A DNA stretch of 64,000 nucleotides, taken from Balanoglossus misakiensis. Lineage: Eukaryota; Animalia; Hemichordata. The position numbers and the translations under genes are program-made. Position 1 is the first letter of the stretch. Every line of letters starts with the position of its first letter. Under the pieces are notes generated by a model. The model made no database searches. It had not been told where the DNA came from and worked only from the letters and a program-made list of their open reading frames with translations. This document shows, one piece after another, positions 25,401 to 38,500 of the stretch. The DNA lies in assembly GCA_040954595.2 (NCBI GenBank), contig CM082595.2, positions 5,544,137 to 5,608,136 on the forward strand. Direction: 5' to 3'.

Positions 25401-28400
25401 TGAACCACTCAACCCCCACTTGACAGACCATCCACTAATCCAAGCCGTACAATCTGATGCCCTGTTGAAAGTGCTTCTTCCACTCACAGACCTCTTCTCA
25501 TTACACTGAACCCCATCCCATATGCTGCACAGTCCTGAAACGATGTGCATGCTAAACAGAGAAATCCCTTTTGTATGCAAGGGATGTACTTGTCTCCAGT
25601 TTTTCCACGACAAAAGGCACCAGAGAGGTGCTGTTTCTGTCCTGGTGTGCTCTATTGATCATAAGGAGGGTAACATAGATTGTTGTGTTTTTGTTTGGGG
25701 ACAGCAAGCATTTGAGAGTGAGGTAGACTTCAGCGTACGAGTGCCAGGCAACTTTAAAGTTAAATGTTTAATTCAAAAGTATTTGTAAGTGATAACGATT
25801 TTGCCAGTTTATCCAATATTGAGAGATAAATATTAAGCTGTTCATCATTTGAATCATGGTTATGGCTTCTCATGAATGTAAGGAAAAACATGAAGCTGAC
25901 TTGATCGGTACACTCCAAACAATTTTTGGTCAACTATCATTCATTTTACAAGCTGTGTATTTCATGCATTCTGCCTTCATGCATGTTTATGATAGAAGAA
26001 AATGCTGATGTCAAACTTTAGTCGTTTAAAGGAAACAATGTACAGACATGAATCCCTGGAAATCTCACAACGCCTCTTCAGAAATGTTGCGATGCACTGT
26101 GTCCCCTTTCCAACCATCCTGCTCTCAATCCACATACCTCAGACCCCTGCAACAGCCTTGCAATCAATACCTGGAAACCCTGCACAGTTGAGTACAAAAA
26201 TCTTATGTGCCAGCCACTCTATTCCAAACTGTGTACATTTCTGCAGCCACAATAGATCAACACAAGGTGCATAGAAAATTCACCGCCACAAAAGCCCTTG
26301 TCTGCATTCACGCACCTTGTTTTTATAACGGAACCACTGCACGCTGAGTGCTGTGGTGAATAGCCTTGGTTTTCAGCGGACTTCAATAGACATGTGCCAA
26401 TCTAGTTTTTCTTGCATTATTGGATTTTTTATCATCGTCTATTGATTTCTTGGTTTTCAATAAAGTCTCTCTACGGAAGTAGAAAACAGGCAAGTGTAAT
26501 GCAGACAAAAAGAATGAATTCTGGCACTTAGCGTGACATGCAACTTGGTGCAAAAAGCGGCACCCAGCAGAGTGACTGATCAGAAGAATAATGCCAAGGT
26601 CATTTAATGCTATCTTTTGGCCATCGTGTCCTTAGATGACCTTTCCTAACGCTTTCTTAATTGACGTATAAAGCAGGTTTCAGACAAATTTTCAAGGGAT
26701 GGTCCAATATCTGCAATTTTAACACTCAGATTGCAAATAACTAGCAGTGTGCTCCTTTAGTTGTAACTGCCACACACTACACTTCCGTGATCTAATCTAC
26801 GTACAGTTAAACCTGTGTTAGTGGCAACCTCCATATACCGTAGTTGAAACCTGTCTATAGTGGCCACTTTGTTACAGTGCAATTTACATGTGCATGTAGT
26901 TAACCTGTCTATAAAGGCCATCATCTTCAGGAAAGTTATAGGAAAGTCTCTTGACTGTCTGCTATAGACAGGTTTGAATGTAGTTAGATGAACTGTGCCG
27001 ACCAGATGTTCTACCAAGTAGAGATATCAGTGGTGGCATCATATTCTCACAAGAGCATGGATGTGACACATACTTTAGTCTATGCAGTTTGAAATCACTC
27101 ATTTCAGATCCTTAACCTCAATCTTGCATGTGAATGAAAAATTAGAGTGTGGAAGAAAAGGCGGTACAATCAGTCAGGTACATGCAGCACCAAATAGGAG
27201 TTTTACAGTGTTCTTTTGAAAACGTAATCCATCTCACGGCAGTTCCGCCAAGCTTGGCTGAGACATGACTGTATAGCCCCCTCACAGGACACACTCTTGC
27301 AAACCACAGTCACTGACAACGCAACATGCATTTTGGAAACAAGCTGCAGTCTAGAACACCAGTGAATAAAAATTGATTTTAAATTGACTAAACTACTAGC
27401 ACACACCAATTTTACCCACAGAGGTTTCATATAATTAGAAAGAGATATTAAATTCTTACTGTCTGCAAATGTAAGGCTTTCTTTCAGGCATACGAAACTT
27501 ATCACAGTGTGCTGTATTTTTTCGTCTGCAATCCAGGCACATAAACATTGAGAGAAAAAAACTTAATCGCAATAATTTAATTACAACTTAGTATATGCTG
27601 ATAAAATGTTTCCATTTATTTTATCAAATAAAGAAATTATCTCTAGAACACCGAAGGTATACAGAATTGATGAATTTTATCAATAAACTTGTCAATTTTT
27701 TGTGCAAACTTCTATAGACTAAGTGGTTGATATTGGGTATCTTAATTAAATGGTTGCATCCCAAATAAAAAAGATATATCTAATTGTCATACTCTGCGCA
27801 AATTTCTCATTTTTGCAGTTTAATACTGACAAATTATCTGTTATCATTCTGCAGACTGCATATTATTGATTCTCATCCCGGGACAATGATCTGGTGCTGA
27901 TAATGAAAGATTATAGAAATCAATTTGACAAGGCATTAAATGTTGACCTAATCTACTATCTAGTCGCTGGTATTGATTTTTCGTGCTACTGTAACACGAT
28001 TTTAGTATCCCGGTCTATTGTTAAAATTCAACCCCTCTCTGTGGTTGACATGAATGCATGATTATCACTCCAACAGCCCTATCAGAATTTGTGGGGACTG
28101 TTCTTCGTTGAATTGAATATTCCTGCTTTGCCTGCTGGATATCTGAACCTGTGATTTAGAAATGAATCAGTTTTAGTCGAGGTCAAAATTCAAAATTGTG
28201 TTTGAAAAATTGTCTGTTTTCGTAAAAGTGCAATAGTGGTAGCTCACTCATGGTTTTTAATGGTCTTCACTGGCATACTTCACTGCCAGAGAAATATATC
28301 TGACTGCTTTGAGTCAATTTGCAAACTTGTGGAGATGCCAACTCTTTTACTTACAAGGTTAATGAGGAAATTTATGTTTCTGTACGCTAGTGGTACAAAG

Positions 28401-29558
28401 CACAGTTCAATCAATAAACCTGTGTTATTTTACAATATGTCAAATTCTGGCATATTTCCGACATGTTTTATCGAGAAGAACTAAAAATACAGTTGATGTA
28501 TATGATCAAATAATGATAAGGTTTTCAAAAGTTGTCATAGTGACCACAAACAGTTGTTTCCGGGTCTGAGGTCCATTTCAGAACACTTTGATATTTCCCT
28601 GGCTTTTAGTTCAAAGGTGATTAGAACCATTTTATTATGAAAATATATCTATCACCTGGCTCATGCTGGATAAAGAGCATTAGTAAAGTTGATCCAGGAT
28701 CTGGATAATAATTACACATTTGCAAATGTCTCTGTGCAGAACAAAAATGTATATTTTGATTTTGAACGTTTATGATTTGTTGACGATGGTTAAAGAGAAT
28801 TTAATAATTTCAGGGAACTAGGAAACTTGGAAGTTATTTGTTTATTGATCAGTGTTTTGTGAGGATTTCGGTTCAAATCATAGTAACTACCAGTTCAATT
28901 GGTTTCTATGAGATCTCTAAGCTCGTTGCTATGATAAACAAAGTCGTATCTGTGATAGCGGCTGCCAGGTCGAAAGGTCGACTCTACCGTAATAAGGAGA
29001 TTTGCGTCCCCCTGGTCAAAATCCTGATGTTATAATTGAGTACACAGTCCCCCAATCCACGTGACTGATAGGAACGCTGCCCGAGACAGCCAGACAGCAT
29101 TTTGACTCAACACTTGATGCCATAAAAGCAGCCAATTCAACTGTAGTGCTTTATACACAAAGCCCTCTATTGCTGGAGTTGAATTCCCAGACACTCCTGT
29201 TTGTCCCATCACAGACAGTGCCTATCATGGGTGTCATCTGTTTCATCTGAGTGTCAAATGAAAATGCTCACTTAGATGACATCTCTTCAGGCTCCAGTGT
29301 TCTCCTTTTGTTACTGTCAGGACAGCGACGTAATTGTTCTGTTTAATACTGAGAAATGCATAGAGTCATTCCTTTTAATACCTTCTTGTGGATGATAAAC
29401 AGTTGTAGTGATGAAGTTAAACAAGACATGAGATCTTTTACCATTTGACAGACATACAATTACAGGAGACAGTTTAGTCTCCTGATGAGTGAGTCCATTG
29501 GCTCACGATACAACTTTGTATAGATTATACTGACTTTCGTTTCTCCAACTACCTTTAC

Positions 29559-29590
<32 letters not shown>

Positions 29591-32500
29591 CATACATACA
29601 TACATACATACATACATACATACATGTGTGTGTGTGTGCATGCATGCATACATGTACAAGTACACACGAGCACACACACATAGCATTATACACTCATACA
29701 TACATGCATGATAACTGTATGATTTTTCTAAGGTTTTACATCACATCTCCTTAAGAAACCTTTGAAATCTACGCCAGTATAAATTACCAGTCTGTATTCT
29801 CCAGGTTACCATGGCAGCTAAGCAAAACACAGCCACAGTATTATCATGGTTCAGACACCTTAGCAACGGGAATTGTGTATTAAAGACACATACATCTCCA
29901 CTTTAGGTTTTACCAACTTTGAAACCCAGAACAACAGATCCAACGATTGTAAATATCCAAAGACTCGACGCACATTGTATTAAAAGGACACACAGTATAT
30001 TTTCACACCTTAATAAATACACAGAGGTATATATCTCATTTATTTTACGACCGGATGACGGACAATTACCCAATGCACGCACATGACAATATGCATTGTT
30101 AGAGTCCCCTAACTACCCTCTTTGTCTTTGGTGAAAACTTGCAAAATACGTCAGATGATCGACGACTGATAAGACGTCAGCTCGATACCCCAGTGCTAGG
30201 TCACACAGGTCATGAAGTACTGTAAAACGGGTTATTTTCGTGACAGGAAATTTTCGCGAATCAAAAGAGGCAACTGTTACGCGAGGATTAATTTTCGCGT
30301 TTTCGTATTTCACTAACTGCATCTCCGAAAACATTTTACAATGTACGCGACTTTTTATTTTCATGTTATTTTGGCTCTCGCGTATTTTGCAAAAATTTAT
30401 TGCTCGCGAAAATAACCCGTTTTACAGTATCTATCGTGCGCAAAGTTATGGCTCTTGACGTCAATGCGTACAATTTACACGTTTTCAAGTGCCCGGGATT
30501 TATAGTCTTAGTGTATAGCAGAGCCATTAGTACAGTACGAGAGGAGATGTAAAACTTTACTCTGGTATTTGTAGGTTTGAAGTGTCCCGATTCTCCTGAA
30601 GGGTTGCCTGAGGCTCTGTATGTAATCTGACGAGTGAAAATGCTTTTATTTCATTTTGGAATTTCGTGTCTTTATCACTGTTACCCATCTTCTGTTATCT
30701 TAAAGGTATACGGTCACCTATGGAAAATTAGCTATAGTTTCCATGGCAAATTGAGATCTAGCCAATCACAGATTTTCAGTGGGTGGCACACGCGAAAAAA
30801 GAGCGCTACCATTTGTTCTTTAGAATGCTCAAATACGCCATTTCTGACGTATATGGGCATTAATTAATTACCTTTAATGGAAATGTAGTAATATCTGAAA
30901 TCCTGTCGTGCGATAGACATTTAGATGGTTATATATTGGAGGCTACATTATAAGGTTACTTTAATTAAATTCTGCTCAGGGTTAGTGAAATGGAACGTGA
31001 TTCTCTCCTTTTGACAGTCTTCAACAAACGAACCACACAGAACCTCAAAATGCCTGGTTGTTGTTAAGCCAGCGTGACAAATGTTCTTGTATTGTGTCCG
31101 TGCAAAGCACACTTGACCTCCGGGTCACCTTGGGGAATTAAGATGCCGTGAAAATTGAGTGTTGGATACATGTGCCTACATGTGAAGTTGATTCAGAGCT
31201 CTGTCTCAATTATTGTAACCATTGTATGCTTGAAAAAACACCCCAATGCCACAGTTACGGGTGCACACACACACACAAACTGATCTTGAAGTTCAAACTT
31301 TGGTCCACATTTAATAAACTAGGGTTGAGATCCGAAAAGTCCCTGTAAACTTTTTCCAAAATATATATACAAGTTTGAAATTGATGATTTTTTTTAAAGT
31401 AAGCCATTTGAGTCTAATTATATTTTCATCTTTAGCGAGTTCATTCAACCCTATACAACCTTCACAAGTTAGTATGGTAACTAATCCCGTTATAATTTGG
31501 TTTCAGAAAGAAAAAATTCCTTCAAAGTCCTTCATGCTGTTGTTCCATGAGATAATAAAGCTAAAAATACTGTTAAGAACAAGGGCAAATTTGTAAAGAT
31601 GATTTCAATAGAAGTGGTCTTGTAATGTCAAGTTTAACTAACTGTTTGGATTTTGCTTTGGAGGACTGCTTGACTTATAAAAGCCATGTATGAATCATTG
31701 TTCTGGAGCATCCCTGGGACTTTGCTCTTTAGAGACAATGAATAAGTTTTGGGGAATTGTAAAAATGTTGGTGCATCAGCTCTGAAGCATAGTTAAGTGC
31801 AAATATGAACAGTTTCAATCAAGGAGAATTTCTCACTTCAGTGGCATGTCATGTTGGCACGAGGGTCACACATACTCTTCCATGGCAAAAGTGAAACACA
31901 AACATAAGAAACTTTCATGAATAAATCCAAGTATAAACAGACAAACTTGTTGAGGTTGTCTGATCAAATAATACACCTGTTTTTCCTCTCCAAAAGTCAA
32001 CACAGCAAGCCTGTGTTTTATTTGGTTTCCATGATACAGAGAAGGCAGGAACCAGGAAGACACTATTTGTGCACAGGTGCAGTTTTACTGCCGTTGGTCT
32101 TTAGATAGACGCTGGTAGAAATAGCAGGTAATTGTGGAAATTTTTAGGTGATAATTTTGATAGCAGGTACACATTAATAGTGACATTTAAATCTGTGATT
32201 TATTGCTGTGTTGGTAGTGTAATTTAAATATTTCAAAACCTTGATTTTTATATCTGCAGCTTTTCCTCATAGAAGTCTTGACCAGGCTCCCTTTAATAAG
32301 TAAGATCTCTGCTTCTTCAGTGTTTACCTGTGTTGCCATGGTGACTTCTGGCACTAGGTGTGTGTGACCTCTGACCTCAATATGACATCATACTTTACTG
32401 TTGAATTGGCAAAGTACTTTGTGCTTGTATCCCAGAGGGTATATACATGTAGCAGTCCTCAGTTGACGTGAAATTTCATTACGATAAGCATACTTTAAGT

Positions 32501-35500
32501 AAACCCAATTCATCACAGAGTAACCGTGTCTCTTGGATCAACCGTAAAATGAAATCTATCAAAACCTCTCCCTTTCATGATCCTTCAAAACATTTACACA
32601 GTCGCCTTAAATCTCAGTGATTTGACGCGTACTGTTACACTTGATATCTCATAAATAATGCCCAGTCACTTGGAAATAAATTGACGATATTAGATTTAAT
32701 TCCATTTAAATTGTTTCTCCTCCGACAAACCCATTCCAGTGTCGCTACAATCGCATCGTCGAGTTCTGCGGCAACAGTGGAAAACAAACGAGAGAGTTGT
32801 TTGTGAAACGGAAATCCCCATTGACAGGGAACAAGTCTTCAAATATCAGGCATTCTGTCATTGCTGTGTGTGTACTGGGTGATTGTGTTATTTGTAATTT
32901 CAAACAAAATCTGCAGAGTTTGTGGACCTGTTAAGGGGATGCTGTGATTCTTTCAGAGTTTGGTTGACTTTTTAGGGCTGGAACATTCCACTACAGTTGA
33001 AGGGGAGGATGAACTCATAGTTTGCCATTTTCATGACACACACGTGACCTTAAAGGGACAAAGTCTCTCTCTCGCTGCCCTTTTCCCATTAATTAAGTTT
33101 GATACAAGACACCCTTTATGTTATTCTACTTGTGGATATATACCGGTAGTGAAACAACGTTCAACTACACACACCTTCCATTGGCTTGTAGACACCAGAG
33201 TGAAAAAAATCGCCAAAATGAATAATCGGTCTTTACCATTTATTCATTTTGGCGAGAGTTTTACTCTCATATCATACAAGCGGGATGCAAGTTGTGTGTG
33301 GTCGAACATTGATTCACTACATATACACATTAACATAAATGGTGTCATGTATCAAACATAATTAATGGAAAAAGGGAAGCGAGAGAGAGAGACTTTGTCC
33401 CTTTAATAGTATAACCAAAATAAATTGCATTTTCTTGTGATACACCTTCCCACGATGTACAATTCATTCTCTGCATTCTTGTGTGCATTCACTCGCATAA
33501 TACCTCTGCTCTCCCGGGTTGAATTTCACACTTCAGGCACCTGTGTGTTTCGCAGTTCGCAGTGCCTAAATACTTTCAATTACCTTCATTTAATGAAGCC
33601 TACACTGTTTGTAACACTTATACAAAAGCGTGTTTGCCTCATTCATCATGTTCCTCATGCTTGTATTGTGATGGACTGTAATATCTCCAACATGTGAGTG
33701 ACATCATTTTAAGGGACACTGATCCCCCTTGACAAATTGTTAGGGGGTGCCACCATGTCAACAGGAGTTGACTCCTTCATCCCCCCGTCTAGATGAAACA
33801 CTGATAAAAGTAAACTTAACCCATGTATACTCAGTGAATCAGCACAGTTTCTCCACAAGAAATATGTCTGTAATCATTGCAGATCATAATCCCTGGTGCA
33901 TTTGATCTATGTGTGTATTTTTGGAGGAAACTTACCAGAGTTCCATAACCAGTATCATCATAGCTATCTTCCATCTCATCTGGTTGCTTGTGATCTTCTC
34001 CAGGGCCGTTCTGGCCTTTCTCCTGTCAATCATACAAGTATACCATCATGAGATGAGTAATTAAAAACATTTTGGCGAGTTCCCAAGTGCAGATCTCAAC
34101 TTAGCCATTCATCAAATTCTGTCACTTGCTTAACTTCACTTTTAGTGATTTTTTTATAATAATATAATAGTAATAGTAATAATAATAATTATTATTAGTG
34201 ATTTTTCAATACAAGGCAAGATTGATACCAAATAGAGAAGGAACTAAAGTAGATTTTAACAGATATATTGACGTAGCTCTTGACAGAAATCTGTGAGTAG
34301 CTTGTGGTAAATCCTCTGTAGTTCATCAATGCAAAAGTAGGTGCTCTAAGTACGGTACTTGTAATGTACTCATGTTGTACCCCACCCATTTTCATTTCTA
34401 ACCATCGAGACTTATTTTTCCAGGCCTTACATCCCTCTTTTCCTTGCAAAAGACCCCTAACCCCCCTCTCCTTGTGAATGTGATAGCCCACGCTAAAGGA
34501 AAATAGTCGGGTCGGCTCAAAACCACTGAACCGGCGGGGGTCAGAACATTTGCATAAACCTGACCAAAACATTTGGATAACCTGCGGGTAACCTGAGTCT
34601 CCACAGTAGTTGGATTTCAAGTAGGAAAATTTGAATCCCGAGTAAATAATAAAATGCTGCCAAAATGAAACTTTAGCCGGAGTCCTCTGAAATGTTTCAC
34701 CCATAGCAACAGAAATTCTCGGGTGAGAGTCGAAAATGTACCGGGCAAATTACAATCATTATTATACTGCTGTTGTCACCTTAACTGCCCTGAGTGACAA
34801 TTACCAGTCTAGACATGTGTACCGGTCCCAGGGGGCAAACAGCACAGAAGTATGCAAAATCTAACATCCATTTGGAACACACAAAGTTAAAAATTGCAGG
34901 TATAAAAGAAATGTTTTGTACAATGTGAACTGTGTGTGTGTCGGGTGAGCAAGGGTCACTAAGGGGGGACTGTTTTATACAAGATACGGACACATATTGA
35001 TTGGCGTGGGTGATTAAAACAAAAAAGTCAATAAAGTTAGGAGTCATTAGAAATAAAAATGTCATCAAGTCTATATAAATGTTTCAACAATTGTGGGTCA
35101 CTCACACATGATTTTGTGAATTGTGGAAATACTCAGATGATATTAATTTATGTTTTTGATAAAGTTAGATATTTTTGATCGCCTACCAGTGAATCATAGA
35201 CAGTGTCTTCCATGACATCGTCCACTACGTCGTTATCCATGTCGCTTGGTGTTGAGGGTCACAGTGGATCTCGCGTTTTTCCCAGCTGAAGTACGTTTGC
35301 CGTCCAGGTCAACCCCTGAATTGACAGATCCGGGGTGCCGGGAGTTCCCTTTAAACAATGGTCTTTAAATATGACTGGCAGAGCGCAACCGGGGGAGGCT
35401 TAATCACCAAGACAGAAGGGGCTGGGTAGAATGTGAGGTCATTTGAATATGAATGGGCGCGTTAGGCACCTGGCCGTTTCAGGTGGATGTCACTCGCGAG

Positions 35501-38500
35501 AGTATAAACCTGACAGAACGCTGCTTGTGTTTTTAAAGGTATACGGTCACCTATGGAAAATTAGCTGTAGTTACCATGGCAAATTGAGATCTATCCAATC
35601 ACAGATTTTCAGTGGGTGGCACATGCGTAAAAAAGAGCGCCACCATATGTTCTTTAGAACGCTCGAATACGCCATTTCAGCCATATATGGGCGTATTTAA
35701 ATCGGAGGTGACCGTATACCTTTAATTTTAGCACCTGCAGCCAGGGTGATAAAAAATAAATTTTCCGTAATTCCCAACATCAGGTCAAGTCGTTGAAAGA
35801 CGGGAATACCGCTAGATACTTACATACTGACGTTACCAGGCAGTTTGTCCAGACAACCAGACAAGTATAGGGTTTCCGATTATTTACTGTGGAAATGTGT
35901 AATACTTGATAATCAGATTTTAAAAATATAAGAAAATGAAAAACAGTCAAGTCCAGGGATTTTAGGTGTGATCATGAACAGTCCATCCATAACTTGTTTT
36001 ATTCATCCTCCAGAATGAGTCTTGGCCATTTTTGTAATATTATATCAACATAACACCAGTAAATTTTTTTCGTAATTTGATTTCAGTGTACCGTAAATTT
36101 GGGATTTGCATGCGTATTTGATCATTGATGGTGGAAACTACATGTATTTCTTCAGAAGCCTTATATACACTGCCCAGTTATGCTACCATAGCCAAATTTT
36201 ACTTCATTAATATTTTTGGTTTCCCACTTGTAACTGGGAGTCACGCATACAATACCCTTCATTGTAATCCAGAGGTCACATTGACATAGCACTTGACATT
36301 TCTAAATATTTGTCTGAGTTTGGACATCAAGTTTATTGTTGTCTGCCTCGGCAACCGTATCTGGAAATTGTATTTCTTTATGTCTGCTGTATGTTGGTTG
36401 AAATGTCTGTGACAGGCTTGTTTGCATTTGCCACCACTGTGTGTGAAAAAAGTGGTGTTGATTTAGGAGTTTTTCAGACTTTTGTTGTTTTTCACCTGAA
36501 GTATGGTATATATTATGCAATGGGTGATTGAAGCCTGAAATTTACATAGCCCCACACAGGTACAGATCATGTGTCGAAATTAACACAGATATGCAGATTC
36601 CAATATGCTGGTACCTGGTTATCCATCAGTATTTATTTGTTCCACTGTCTCATCAGGTGATCTTCAATGTCAGTTTCCCACAGAACACTGCGGTATTCTG
36701 TGTGCAGCATATTTTATTCCAGGCCACTCGCATTAACGTACGATATTTGAGGGGAGAAGTTTCCAGAAGTTCTTTTGTAAAAGTTAGAGTTCAACAGAAA
36801 ATACCTGAAAGTATCATCCAAGATACACCGCTGCTGGGTTTTCTTAGTCACAAAGCATGTCCTAGTTTCTGAGCTAGTTAGAACAGTTGCGTTGCCCTAC
36901 CTACTCGCACAGTTCACATCAAAATTCCATTTCCAGTATCCAGGTCAGCCCCCAAACCCTGGCCACTGTTTAATAGCAGTGCCTCTATCTTCGCAAAGGA
37001 TAAATTATTACGGGCATTGCACAGTTTCCATGGTGCTCTCAAATCCTATTGTAAACCAGTCTGATGGCTCTTTTGTGTCGCTAACTACCACTGTCCTTTA
37101 AATTTTGACAATACTTTTTAATAAACTTTGAATAATGATTGAAGTTAAGTCCCGCCAAAGAGCTCATTTTGATTGCTACAAAGCTGATAATCACGGTCGG
37201 AAAATTGCTAGCGATGTAGAATCTGACTGCAGGTGTCATGAGTTGACCTAGAATTTTGAATGATTGAATTCAAGGGGATTTGGTGTGTACTACAGTCAAA
37301 CCTCTGTTAGTGGCCACCTCTATATAGTGGCTACTTTGTTTCAGTCCCTCTACAATTCACATGTGTGTTAATTTACCTCTATATAAAGGCCACCTGTCTA
37401 TAAAGGCCAGTTTAGGAAAGTCCCTTGACTGGCCACTATAGACAGGTTCGACTGTAGTTCAGGTAATATTTAGAAGAAAAAATTACCTGTCTTCCTTTTT
37501 TAAACCTTTTTGTGACTTTTCCAATGTGGTGCGATATGTTGTGGTATTTTATTTTGAGATGTATGATCAAGAGTCTTTCTCATAGAAGACTTCCAACAAA
37601 TTTGTCTGGAGATATGTGGACAAAAGTCTATTCAGTTGTCCTAAAGAAAACTTCAGACAGACTGTTCAGAACTATTGGAAATGTAAAAAAAAAGCCAATT
37701 GATCCTTACTGTCTACAACCTATTGTCGAATCGACAATGCTGTCCGCCCGTCATGAAGACAATTAAACGACAGCAGGGAATTTCCGTTGTTCAAATTGCC
37801 CCATCATAATTAATCCTTGTGAGAATAAGGCCTTCTATGTCCTGTAATGGACAACCAAGCCTGGCTCCCAGGTCACCAGTGGAGTTTGTTCCTGTGAGTT
37901 TATGACAGCCATCTTTTGTTACTGCCGTCCTGTGAACCAAACTCTCTCTCGTTTATTCTTGCAATTCTGAATAGCGTCTATTGTTGTCCACGGTGGTAAT
38001 ACCAACCAGGGTTTGAAAAATTGCTGTGGCTCGTTAGGTCCGAGGATCATGTCGTAATTTTTAATGTTGAATGTGGTTTTAATGATGTCTGTATCCATGT
38101 CGTTTGACCCGCTGGGGCCTAAATCCCTATCTGTAAGTGTGAATATGAAAGTAAATGCTACTAGATACTCTGGTCTGAAAGGGTTAAGAACTAAGAAGTA
38201 CACTGACCGTTCAGACCACTATGTTTTATGCAATAATGCACACCAAGCAGAAAGTTTCAGAAATAATGAAAAGTACTCTAAATCGTGTATGTTGAAAACT
38301 GCACAGAAATGTTATGCATTTTTTTGCCAAAGAAATCAGGATTGTGACATGTAAATTGCACAAGGACAGTAACAACATGGCCACTACAGACTAGTGGCCA
38401 CTATATAGAAGTGGCCACTAACACAGGTTTGACTGTGTAAAGGAGGTCCCTTACGAAATCTTTCCCCGTTTGCGTTTTGCAGTTTTCTGTCTATGCCACG

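Noticed and set aside
34195-34704. 169-aa minus-strand ORF
   Set aside because: No domain similarity or coding-like composition. Probably a chance ORF or repeat remnant.
37489-37640. Minus-strand segment with good acceptor and donor inside PEX2 intron 3
   Set aside because: Stops in all three frames. At most a UTR or poison exon, so not called as CDS.
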